A DNA stretch of 63,800 bases, counting the filler, from Phoronis australis (Eukaryota > Animalia > Phoronida): assembly GCA_002633005.1 (NCBI GenBank). It is 5 parts of 5 records of this genome, joined end to end, with 100 filler letters (N's around TTAATTAATTAA, not from the genome) between each part and the next. Parts side by side here need not be neighbours in the genome. Positions count along the whole stretch, not along the records: positions 11,593 to 21,161 come from NMRA01001806.1; positions 21,262 to 53,174 come from NMRA01000051.1; 3 more parts are not named here. One strand, 5' to 3'. The translations under genes were made by a program, and so were the position numbers. This document shows, in pieces, positions 11,593-23,195 of this stretch (position 1 is the first letter of the stretch; each line of letters opens with the position of its first letter). A model generated the notes under the pieces. It saw nothing but the letters and a program-made list of their open reading frames with translations, was not told the origin of the DNA and searched no databases.

Positions 11593-14500
11593 TGAGCTTG
11601 TGCCTCTGGTATTCCAGCTTGCTTTGCTGCCTGAAGTAAAGATAATTCAACACAGCAATGACGTTGGCTCTCCACCACTAGGTGACACTCTTGTACAAGA
11701 CATTCACCTGCAGCAAACATAATTCAACACAGTACAATAAGAGCAATAGTGAGCAATGAGGCTGGATCTCCACCACTAGGTGACACTACTTGTCTAACAA
11801 ACTCTGGGATTTTGCAAATGAATCAACAAGTGTATAAAATTCAATCTTTTTTGCAATTTGGTAGAATCTCATCCATTTGGCAAAAAAAATTCGAGGAATT
11901 TCATTAGCAGCCTTATTGTCACTCTTCAGATACATTACGGAGACACAATAATGTCAATCACAACTAGTCTGTTCAAAACAAATGTTAAATTTGGCATGTC
12001 GGTGTAAAAACTTTTAGAAAATCTGTATTTTCTGAGAAGCAAAATTGAGAGTAAAAAGACAAATTCTTGATTTGACTAAAATGTGAATGTCATCAACACC
12101 TTCCTTACCTCTAGGAGGCTCTGTGGTTCTGTGATGTCTTCGTTCTACAAAAATCAAAAGGACAGCGTCAATAAACCAATCACCAGAATGCATGCCACCA
12201 GCTCCATCTATTGTCTAAAAGAACAGCTTACAAAAACCGAATATGTGATGGATTCATTATAGTCTTTATCCTCTTTTGACCAAACATAGTACAATTTCAG
12301 ACCACTATTGATGCTGTGGGAGAAAATGGAAAGGTTTGAAGCTGCTTCAAGACTACAGAAGCATTTTCACAGTTTGGTCAGAACAAATGAAAGATTCAAC
12401 CAAAACCCAGAATTGTGATTACAGTTCCGAACTAAAACTTGTCCTTTAATGTAACAGATACAAAAGATTTTAAAGTGTATTTCCTTTAAAAAAATAATCA
12501 TGAGTTGTAAGCAATATAATCAAATTCACTCTTTCTACTCCATATTCACTCACTCTACTCCATATTCACTCACTCTACTCCATATTCACTCACTCTACTC
12601 CAAATTCACTCACTCTACTCCAAATTCACTCACTCTACTCCATATTCTGAGCCACAATTGTCGTGACAACTCCTCCGTATATTTGGGCGTTTCCATGTCG
12701 ACAGCAGTTATGAATCTCATCGGGACCAGTGTACCTTTTACATACATCTCCTTGACAACGTCCTACAAGCCAATAACAAAAAATCTTCTACAATTTAGAA
12801 CACAACATGGCAGACAAGAAAACTTTACTTTTGTAAATTTTTTAAACAAAAATCAATTGGTAAGAAATTTCGTTTCACCAAAGGGCAGTTCGGGTAAATG
12901 TGCAACCCAAATTTTCACGCTCAACTAACATAAACTCATTCATTTAAGAAAATTTCAATTTAAATGTCTTGGATGTTTAGCTAGTCGAGACGGAAACAAG
13001 CAGGTATTTAAGATCCATGTGTAGTTTAGCACTGTCTGTCAAACAAACCTTAGGCTGGCGTAGTGGGATGTTACAGTAGTTGGAAAGTCTGGCCACATCA
13101 TGGGCTATGTACTTGAACTTATTATTTTCCAGAGCATGCGGATTGTTACCTAAAATGTTGGAAAATTTACATAAATCGTAATGAGATCAAAAGTAGAGGA
13201 AAATATTATTACTACCATGAACAACTTCCTAGTAGTTCTAACTATTGGTAGGTCCTGACGTTTTGAAAACAACTAAGATTTGCGACAGTATGTTCAATAA
13301 CTTTTAACTACTACTTACACAACTATGTCACAAAACATCCAGCTTTATTACTTAATGAACCCTGGGGTGCATTATAATTAAAATTATAATTATTTATCAA
13401 CTCTACCATCATTAAATTCTAAAATGTGCTAGAAATTTTTTGCATGACCTCTTAATTCCTCGTATAAAAACTCCAACGAAGTTGGTATTGTGGGTAGTGA
13501 TTGATCGGAGAACTACATAGTTTGATACTGTATCTGAACACTGTCAATGCGTTCTCAGTTTTTCATTCTCATTGTCAGAACCTCCCAATGATATTTGCAG
13601 TGCCGTGTATTAGAGCCTGGGTGTCTATCTTTTCGAAGACGTTTTTGATCCCGCGCTTATTTTTAACAGGTGTTGATAAAACCTAGTGCTTATTCAACAA
13701 GACCAGTTTTGCAAACCTAACACTTACTTGTTGTTGACTATTGTCACCAACTGCATCAGGTGCATTTGATACGTTTATATAAATAAAATTGTATTTGAAC
13801 ATTGTTTATTTCACTTAGCAACCATATCCAGATGCATGTTATATACATTTCTAAAAGAACCATTACATCACTCATGATTTTTAATGCTTGCAAAGGATCT
13901 ATTCATTAATTTCCATGCGGTATATTGACTTGAATCAGTTAACAGTAGACTATTCAGTAAAACAGAGTATTGCAGTCAGAGATGTTCTTTCAACTAGTTT
14001 TGAAATGCTGCCCCCGGTGCTTATTTCTGATTCGACGCTTATTTAACAATAGTCCGGCGCTAATGCCCACCATTACGATATTTGTTTCATCCATACATCA
14101 CATATTCAGTCGAAACATTCTTATATAGTCACGTTGATTTGTGTTTGTGTCAGCATATGACGCACAGCTTAATATAGCTTTACTTGCAGTGTCAGACCTT
14201 ACCAATACCGGGTTAATAAAATCGATTTGGACAATTTTATGATCGGCTTTACTCTAGCTTTATCTTAAACAGACTCACAAATGGCTATTAGTGTGCCAGT
14301 AGGAATTTAAGTTTTGAAATTGTCTCAAACCTTTCCGATGATAAAATCAACGTCTTACTTGCCCCTGCCATAATACCACTCAGGAAAAATGGTCTGAACT
14401 GAATGTTAAGGTTCCACTTGATGCGATAACGGGTCAGAATCTGAAATAACAGAATAAAAAGCAATCACAATTCATATACCAATCTATAGATCACCTCGTA

Positions 14501-16342
14501 TTTCCCCAGTTTCAAAGCTGGAAATTCACAGAAAGCAAACTGGGATGTGTGTCTGACTGTCAAAATCAAAAACCACTTCATCCCACAGTGCTACCAACCT
14601 TTCAATGACTCAATACTTCATGACATGAAATAACAGTGAGCACTTTCAACTATACATAGACCCTTCCAACTCGTAGTATTGTACAGGCTCTTCGATGATC
14701 GCACGGTGATTGATTTCCGCCTGTCAGCAGAGTGAATTTACAGTGAATCATGAATAACGCTAAGATGAAATCTAAGCATTATATTGGAGTTAGTTGCTTA
14801 TGCATCCAAGTGAGGCCTTCAACTCATGGCATCATCAGCTTCTCATGCATAGCTAACTCCGGGGGATACAATATGTCTGGTCTTATCTGTGTAACCATTT
14901 CCAACAGGTAGTAAGGTCTCCGGTCATTCCAGATAGTGGTTGAAACTGTACAAAGGAGTCCCACAGGGGTCAATAAATGATCCTGTGCTTTTTAATGTGT
15001 TTGTCAATGACTTGTTTTATAACCTCTGTCATGATCAATCTGAATTGTATAAATATACCGATGACAACACAATATCTGTGTATGATCACCGACTAGATTG
15101 GCTTGTCATTAAGCTGAAGTTTAAAACCACTCAGGTCACATCTCTGTTCAAAAACAACTTCATGCAGGCAAACCCAGACAAACTTCACATTATCGTGCGG
15201 ATCCAGTCTTACACCTATCGAGATAGATGACTGTGGCTTAAAGTTAACATCAGAGCCTCGTGTCAGATTACTAGTGTTGAAATTGACCATACATTCAGCT
15301 TTGATGTACCAGTCCGTGAAGCATTCAGAAATACCTCAGCTCATTCGGCTGTCTTACGGAGGCTTTCTAAATTATGATGATTGGTGTGACATTTTTAACA
15401 GTTTTATTCTGTGTCACTTTGACTACTATGTAATGCAATGCTTACATCCAAACTTGAGCATTCACAGTAGCCGTCAAGTTTCAGTTCAAGGCAGGTTTTT
15501 AAGAGTCACTATGAATCATTATTAAAAAGAGCAGATGGCCCCATTCTGGAGCTCACGTCGAGGAAACAAGCTATTCTTGTGGAGTCTTGCATACTAACTG
15601 TCTCCGAGTTTTGTGTGGGCCTTCTTTGAGGTCAGCGATTCCTCGTAAAAACTGGGGTCTAGTGTCGCTCTCTGTGTGTACCATATGTGCACTCCAAAAG
15701 CTAAGTGGTGAACTTGAACTCTCTTTGGGTTTTCTGTGCAAAGCTCTCGACACAGCCCGTTTGCGTCTGCATGCAGTAGCTGCCGACAGGTGTTACAGTG
15801 CGTGTGCATCCTCATCTGGCTGGGCTGGCCCCTGCGCATCCCTCACAGAATGGATGGTAATTTACTTCATAACCTATCAATTTATTTTAGCCTAATGTAT
15901 ATCTAAATCTCTTAATTATCAACTTTGATAATAGCCCTCGGATAGTGTTCCCCTCTTTCTAAAACCACAGGCACTCTCATCAGCTGCTCTCTGATATGTA
16001 CTACAATCTATTTATTATAGTACATCATAGGAGTGGCTGATTAAATAAAAGGTGCTTGCGGCTGTGCTAAAACTCTAGATCGGAGTAGGTACCTACTCCA
16101 GTCTCCAGTCCTAGTCCTCAAAACTTACTCATTTTACTGACAAAAATATACCTGTAAAAATCTAAGTAAGTGTTCTTGTATACGAGTGGAATTAGGAAAC
16201 ATGCTCTCAAAAAGTAAACAATTACCTCGCACCAAAACCTCAAAAATATCTCACATCTACTTACTTCAAAAGCAACCCATGAATATGGGGAAACTACATC
16301 ATAAAACAATTCCAAAGTCACCGCCTTCAAGGGAGCAGCCAT
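11593..16342 (-). CDS. GSTK1: Glutathione S-transferase kappa, copy A. Exons 16342-16265, 14440-14359, 13149-13049, 12762-12634, 12144-12109, 11630-<11593; 3' end lost in the spacer
   Basis: All introns are GT-AG with compatible phases. Translation: MAAPLKAVTLELFYDVVSPYSWVAFE / ILTRYRIKWNLNIQFRPFFLSGIMAGA / SNNPHALENNKFKYIAHDVARLSNYCNIPLRQPK / DVVKEMYVKGTLVPMRFITAVDMETPKYTEELSRQLWLRIWSR / NEDITEPQSLLE / AAKQAGIPEAQA. The catalytic SPYS motif is intact. Confidence 0.93.
12521..12647. repeat. 20-bp minisatellite (CA[T/A]ATTCACTCACTCTACTC, 6 copies plus a partial) spanning the GSTK1-A exon 4 donor site
   Basis: Directly visible. On the minus strand the unit contains ...GGAGTAGA|GTGAGTGA. Confidence 0.95.
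14780..15430 (+). mobile_element. CR1/L2-group LINE reverse transcriptase remnant in GSTK1-A intron 1
   Basis: KGVPQGSINDPVLFNVFVNDL...YKYTDDNTIS (degenerate GVPQGS and YADD) and FKNNFMQANPDK. Confidence 0.8.
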
Positions 16343-16919
16343 GTTTGATAGCATCGTTCGTACGCAGCGCCACTTGTGGGTTGGCTCGTGGACTGCTTGT
16401 AGACAGGGTCGGACCTGGGCTAGACCGTTGAATCTTTACCCGGTTGTCCATACACAGAACAACAACACAAAAATAGAGCACTTTAATGAAAAATATAGAA
16501 ATAAAAACTCACACTAAAACCGAAGACTTGATCACAACCATTATAGGATTCACTGGATTGAGGTAAGTGAGTCGGGCATAATGAGAACAAGCCGCTCGGG
16601 CCCTAGTCACTCAGGATCAGTCCGGCCCGGGGGTCCCTACAAAGATCGAAAATCACTACATATAGAGTACCCATGCGAGTTCTACAAAATCTGGAGTAAC
16701 CCAAAAAACGCTCAAAAACATTGTATAGACGTAGGCTACTAAGGTTATTGAAGGTTGACGACTCAAAAGTTCGTACCCGCAAATGGGCAGTTCCCGCCAC
16801 TGAGTACACGCGCGGCCGCGGCCGAGGAGAGCGGGGACTAGTGACGTCAGCTCTGAGTACGTGCACTTCCAGTGCACTGGACGGCCGCTAGGCTGGCTAA
16901 TATTATAGGCGGTTTTAAN

Positions 16920-17605
16920 GGATCAGATCCAATTTCAAGAGTCAAATTCGGAACAGTCGTAACGAAACTATGGCTAAGTAGGCCCGCGATATCCCAGACG
17001 ACCGGCAGTGACGCTGCGCACTACGACTCCGTTTCCATCGTCTGCTTCATTGTGCAATGAAGAAAATTACTTCATTTTTTTTTAAGAAAATGGAATCTGA
17101 GTGACGATGAAAAAACAGAAGCTGCCGGTAAGATGTGAATTTTAATCGAAACCCTAGTGAATCATTCAGAAACTCATAATTCTCTCTTTGTCAAACCTTA
17201 ACTGAAGACGATTTCCAAAGCAATCGCGTCATTAATGCCAACACAAAAAACGGATTTGTTTTTTTGGGCAATTGAAGACAATTTTGAATAAAACAAATTT
17301 GTTACGAACTGATTGCACAAAATATAAAAAGTGTAATAAGCATTACAAAAAGAAGTAGGTTTCGCGCGCAAACGCTATGGGCTATAAACAAGTAGGTCTC
17401 TTATTACTAAGTTAGGAGAGAAATCGTGGTGGTGCTGTGGTAAAGCACGCGCTCTCTGTCCGCCAGGTGGTGAGTTCGACTCTGTGATAACTGCAGTATT
17501 TCATGTTTGACACGTTCTCCGTGTCTTTTTTCTTGGATAGTACTTCAGGAATCAAGGAAAATGCTTGATTTTTAAAAAACAGAAAAATTTTCCTGGACCC
17601 CCCCC
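16920..17605 (+). mobile_element. Dispersed repeat of about 690 bp with an internal tRNA-like Pol III cassette (copy 1)
   Basis: Clearly homologous to 58185-58745 (+) and 62352-62960 (-). A-box-like TGGTGCTGTGG at ~17430 and B-box-like GAGTTCGACTC at ~17472. Confidence 0.8.
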
Positions 17606-17822
17606 AGGTGCTATGCGAATCTAATCGTGCTTTGCACAAATATTTTCGGACAAAATATTGGGCCTCCCTTGTGATATCCTAGATACGCCACTGAATATTA
17701 TCGTGGGCAGCCCACCACCGGGGCTTAGGTTGGCGTGTGGGGTTGGAGCAGTCGAGAAAAAAAAACAGATTTACAGAATTTCGATACCATTTCTGAACGC
17801 AGTAGTTTGGGCCCGCCTTAGT

Positions 17823-18299
17823 CATGGGCGGTGCAGCACTGAAAAAAGTGGAGGACTAAAGCCCCCTCAGTCCTTCTGTGGTGCACCGCCCATAGACCAC
17901 GTGCGGCGCAGCACTGAAAAAGGCATCATGACGGCGACATCCCGTTGCTCCCAACTTGATCGATTCTATAGCCCAACACAAATAAGATGGGAAGTTTACC
18001 CCCGTAGCCAATATCTTACACGACTGATTAACTCCGTTCTGGCATATATGGTTGGAAGGTCTGCGCTCTTTTGTTCGATAATTGCTCTAATCTCCGATCA
18101 GATCATATCTAGACTGACAGGGCTGGGCTGATAAAAATGAAAGTTAAGTCATAGCATATTTGAGCTTAAACCAATAGCATCATTCAGCACCCCTCACGTC
18201 TGGAAAGTTACTGAACGACAGGACGCTGTAATGCATGGTGGGGGCTATAGCTAGCCTCCCTCCACCCCGGGCCCAGCCCCCTATGGTGCGCCGCCCATG
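17823..18299. mobile_element. MITE with CATGGGCGG(C/T)GCA TIRs and a 5-bp TSD (TTAGT)
   Basis: TIRs at 17823 and 18299; TTAGT at 17818-17822 and 18300-18304. Same family as 51063-51213. Confidence 0.7.
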
Positions 18300-20332
18300 T
18301 TAGTAAAGGTCCCCGGCCACTAGGAGAGTTGTCCAAGTACGAGGGGCCCGCAACAATGGCCACAAGTTGAACACAAGTGCACCTTAGCCCGTGTAGTCGA
18401 AAATTAGAGAAATTTAATTGTAAAGCATGAGCTTTTGCAGAACCAGTGATAACAATGCCCTGGATTTTAATTTAAAGGATACATTATTTATAATTAGTGA
18501 ATGCAAAACTATGGTACCCCAAAATGTAAAATTCATACCCTCTAACATAGCGCGTAATGTCCTTAGATCTACTAAAACTGATGCTTCCCTTTGTTGAAGT
18601 ACGGGTACCAAAGTTAATCATTCTGACTGCCTATCCCATTTTTCTGCAAGCCCATGCGCATTTTCGTATTTACGGAAATCGACTGATTCGTAGTCGATCT
18701 TTTTCACAATCAGTAAAATCTATATGTCATATCGGTGATGCCAGTTGCAGAGGGAAAATCTCTATCATCCCATCTCCAAGGTGACAAGATCCATTTTCGC
18801 CACCGTGAAACTTGAATAACACTAAATTGGCATTTCTGATGCATTTTGACGTAGGTGAAAATCCGGCGTTCTGCTCTATATAACTCCTCCCCCCGTCAGT
18901 GGAGGGTGGTGCAGTCCCACCTAAACGACTCCAGTTTATTCGATCGTTTTGGCTCGAGATCGATTGACAGCAGTTTTACACCCCGGCCGTCCATTCCCAA
19001 TCGACATCCACCTGTATGCACCCATACACCAGTTACACTGATATACCGGCAACAGCAGTTTTAGTTTTAATTCCGCCCGGCACACCTCCCCGGTTTGGTC
19101 ACTAGTTCAACAGGGCCATGGGGCAGTATTTCGGAAATTGCAGGGCACAGACTGATTCAACATCGCCCGGGCCCAAATTAAACTAGTCAATTTCTTCCTT
19201 ATCGCCTCCACTTCAACCCACCCCCTTATCACCAGTTGGCCGTACGTGGCACTGCATGATCACGGCGCATCACTTTTTAGACCTGAGGACGTTGCGCGGC
19301 AGGATTTTGACCTTTTTCGATATCTTTTTTAGATTTCACAATTTAATTGTTTTACCAAAACACTGTATAGGGGGTTTAAATTAACGTAAGAAACGTCTAC
19401 CGCGTGCTCTGAAATACAGAGAAGTACTAAAAGAAACAACTCCATTATACGGTCATCTCGGAATGAGCGGGTGGAACTCAAAAGAGTATGTCGGAAACAT
19501 GAAGTCATGACTGTTTTCCAACTAGAATAAAATGAGCTATATAGGATCAAGTTTCGCTGAATACTATAAAGATATTAATTATATGAAAAATCATATTTTC
19601 AAATGATTTTTTACTTTTGATGCCAATCTACCATTAAGTGGGTCGCGTAATGATGAGTTTTAACAAAAATTATCAAAAAGACTTTGTCTGTACATTCAAC
19701 CGTTAACAAAACAACTCCATGTACGTGATAACAAAATGTCGCTTGATACTGAGCTAAGAAATCTCAAACACGCTGTTGTGCAGTTTTCTAAATTGTTATA
19801 TTGTTCTTGTTTTATATAATTTTGATACAGCTTTGCAATAATTAAAAAATGTTTCCTGAACCAGTTTGCTTTGGAAAGCAGTCAGTACTGAGGCCCTACA
19901 AAAGTGAGCTATGAGGCTTTACTTTTACCAAGCGTTGTATACATGAATACAAGAACATAATTCTTTCGATTTGTGGTCCGTAACTGTATCACTTCTTGTA
20001 CTGTTCTTGAGATGAAATAAAGAGTTAAAAACACGAGCAAATTTTCAAGTGAGCGCAGCTAGATAAAAAACACATTGAATTTTTAAAGATTTTCAGTGAT
20101 TCATGCAGGGGCCATCTCAACAAAAATCTGACCAGGGCCCTCGAAGGGTAAATACAGTACTGTTATATAGTTGACAAATGTTCTCGGAAAGTTGATCTCC
20201 TTTTTCCTCGACTGTCAGCATAGCATAGATCCGAGTCGTCTAGTCAGGAACTTGGCAATGAGGACTCCTGTCAGCAGCTCAACAAGCGTTCCTAACTCCC
20301 TCAAGAGGCGCTGCGTACGACAGATGTCAATC

Positions 20333-21161
20333 ATGGCTGCTCCCTTGAAGACGGTGACATTGGAACTGTTTTATGATGTAGTTTCCCCATATTCATGGGT
20401 TGCTTTTGAAGTAAGTAGGTGTGAGGTATTTTTGAGGTTTTGGTTCGAGGCAATTATTTCTGTTTCCATGAAAAGCTGCCTAATTTCACTTGTAGACACG
20501 AACACTCAATTATCAGTCGGGAGATGTCGAGTTGAGTCCACACGCCGCACGGTAAGCCAGGTCGTTACTGGTTAGCTGTACGCCTGTAGTGAAAAAATCA
20601 CCTTGTTCCAAGTTTCGAACCCGGGATTTCTCGCTAAAAAGTCAAATGTCCTAACCAGTCGTCCCAAGAGCAATTACAACTAGGCAAGTGTTAAGAGAGA
20701 CCTTTATATTACCGACAGTAAATCACTGCAGATTCACCATTAACTGCCATAATGCCAGTATGGCAGTATTACTGGCATACTGACTTTCCCATCGTCGAAT
20801 GACTAGGGGTCACGCGGCCTGGTGCTCAACATCAGACTGGCCTCCTCTACATCCTATTCCTACTCAGTCTCAGGAGGTTGTATACTCCCTCTCTACCGTT
20901 GTGAGTAAGCACCATTGTTGGGCATCAGTATAGTGAGGAATCACCGTGTTCCAACTCCTAAATCTGGTACCTCTGGCTTTAAAGCCATGTAGGTGTCTTA
21001 ATCCATTGACCAAAGGCATTTGTCCATTGGTGAGCGAATAAGAGAGGCCTTCGTGTCACTATAATCACTTAGCTAGGGCTCGACATTAATGACTGTCGGA
21101 TTGAGTGGCACAACAAAGAATTTGTACTAGTTTACATTTTTGTTCTGTAATTTCAGATTCT
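20333..21161 (+). CDS. GSTK1: Glutathione S-transferase kappa, copy B. Exon 1 at 20333-20410; exon 2 starts at 21157 and runs into the spacer
   Basis: MAAPLKTVTLELFYDVVSPYSWVAFE|GTAAGT. The acceptor TTTCAG|ATTCT (I-L) matches the exon 2 start of copy A. Confidence 0.85.
20585..21063 (-). mobile_element. TRIM-like mini LTR element with tRNA-like sequence inside its ~134-bp terminal repeats
   Basis: Diverged direct repeats at 21063-20929 (TATAGTG...CACTATA) and 20717-20585 (TGTCGG...CACTACA). A degenerate tRNA-Lys PBS, TGATGCCCAACAATGG, follows the first repeat. B-box GGTTCGAAAC lies in the second repeat. Confidence 0.65.
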
Positions 21162-21347
21162 NNNNNNNNNNNNNNNNNNNNNNNNNNNNNNNNNNNNNNN
21201 NNNNNTTAATTAATTAANNNNNNNNNNNNNNNNNNNNNNNNNNNNNNNNNNNNNNNNNNNNCAATTATCAGTGTATTTAAAAACAAATGGCAAACTGAAA
21301 AAGCACAGAAAGAAACAACACTGCGAGGGAGTCCATAATCAGGCATA

Positions 21348-22246
21348 TCAGGTGCTGAATTTCTGAATTGCGTTCAATTCTCTCAGGTTATTGCTGAAGG
21401 ATTGCTTTTCACTTTGTCCAACGGCGGTTGGTTTCAGTTGTTTTTTCTTGCCTGTAACAGAATAGAAATATTAGCAAATTGTAAAAGAAAAGACAAGACG
21501 AAACTACTTTTGTAAGGCAGAACATACTTGACATTTCATCTTCATGTTTATGTGTAGAAACTAATAACCTTAAAATGTGCTTCTGATCTCAACAAGTAAA
21601 ATTCATTCTAGGTGTCAATTTTTTTCCAATGCAATGTTACCACATTTACTGAATTAAGGCTTATTCATGTTAATTCCATAACTGAGCTGGTGGTCCTGGG
21701 GGTGAGGTCCACGATAAAATAAGGAAACTCACTCATCTAGAGAATTTTATTGGAAACTGCAGAGTTTTGAAGAGAAACTGCTGCGAAAAAGTCACTCTTG
21801 ACTTCTGTGCATCACGTACTATACACCTCTTATTTTGGGAGCACTCTCACCCAGGACATTATGAATATGTGCTGCTAGCCTACCCGGTATCGGGTGAGTT
21901 TCCAAAAAGAAACACTTAGTTTCATTCAATAAAACTGTTATTCAGTGGGGTAACTGGTGGGGATAACATCACCGAACGATGTTGATAGAAACTGATTGCT
22001 AAAAACTTACCACGTAATGTTGTGTAGTCTCCGAATGGAACTGCATAGTCATAGACATAGAGCACACACGGGGCTTCAGCATCCACACACTTTTTGTCAG
22101 ATAGTTGACCCTGTTGACCGCAATTGTCCACGAATATAGTAACTTTAGGTCTTTTGGGAATTTGTGGCCACCTGTCGAAGACTTGCACCAGGGAAATTAG
22201 CAGTAATAATGCTTAGCGCGACGACGTATTTTGATAAAAATTCCAT
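21348..22246 (-). pseudogene. Candidate small two-exon secreted or membrane protein gene with a 1-nt frameshift in the leader (exons 22246-22011 and 21451-21348)
   Basis: MEFLSKYVVAL..LLLLISLVQVFDRW...CGQQGQLSDKKCVDAEAPCVLYVYDYAVPFGDYTTLR|GKKKQLKP...FST*. Donor G|GTAAGT and acceptor TTACAG| are both phase 1. No family recognised. Confidence 0.35.
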
Positions 22247-22851
22247 CTTTTATCAGTTGTTTATATGCAGACAGCCACGCATGCGCAATTCAATCACCAC
22301 TAGTACAGCAGCGACACCGCGAGGAGAATTCTCCGAATAGCCCCATTAAACTGAAACAACCTGAAACTTTTTAACGTGGATTCAACATGCCCAATGCGAA
22401 TCGCATCCAACTGAAATGAAAGCAGGATCAAAGTGGATTGCATGTTTGTAATACGTAACTTTCAGTTTGACTTTCGTGCAGGCCATGTTAAGACGACAAC
22501 TATCTCACTATGCAAATACAACAAAAACAAATTGTTTCACAATGCAAGCATCTGTCTTCTCTATGTTCAACAGCTGGCACTCGATATTTTCTTGAGACAC
22601 AATCGAATTTCAATGTCGGGAAAGAGCTTTATTGGCATTTTAAGAATTACTCAAGATGTGGTGGCTAGTACGAATGGCACGCGTTTGATTTTTCCCTTTT
22701 ATAAATGCATTTGGTTTGCCCTTTGACATATTTTTCTTACAACCGTGGAAATTCTTGAACACTCTGCCAGTTTCTGGCTGTAAGACATATTTTGGGTGGA
22801 AGATCAGGTGCTTTTGTTCTCAGATTAGCAAAAAACTTGCAAGATTATCTT

Positions 22852-23195
22852 TGAGGGACATTATTGTTTTTAGGACTCCTGCCTGGTGGCGCTGAAAGCA
22901 ACATGGCCGCGCCCGTGCATGCTGTGTATCATGACTTGGGGCTCAAGACTGACTGCAGTGGTCTTCCCAAACTCGTATCGACTGATGCTTGCTCCACCCC
23001 CGACGTGATTTTTTCATTAAAACCCGCCTCAAACTTTTTGGATAAACTATACCGAAATAAAACCGGCTCAAAAAACTTACACAACCCGGGGGATACTCAT
23101 ATTGACGCGGTGACTGCACCAGCGTAAAGTGCAGATAGGGGGTATTTTCCAGCGTGTTTTGCGAAACCCGCGCAGGGTGCAATGGGTTCCTTTAA
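22852..23195. mobile_element. Degenerate Kolobok-type MITE
   Basis: Left end TTGAGGGACATTATTG and right end CAATGGGTTCCTTTAA (TTAA site, AGG termini). A related left end, TTAAAGGGACATTATTGG, lies at ~50821. Confidence 0.45.

Noticed and set aside
15540-15895. DIRS-like terminal fragment or 102-aa ORF
   Set aside because: Only a compositional impression. No RT, tyrosine recombinase or matching terminal repeat is visible.
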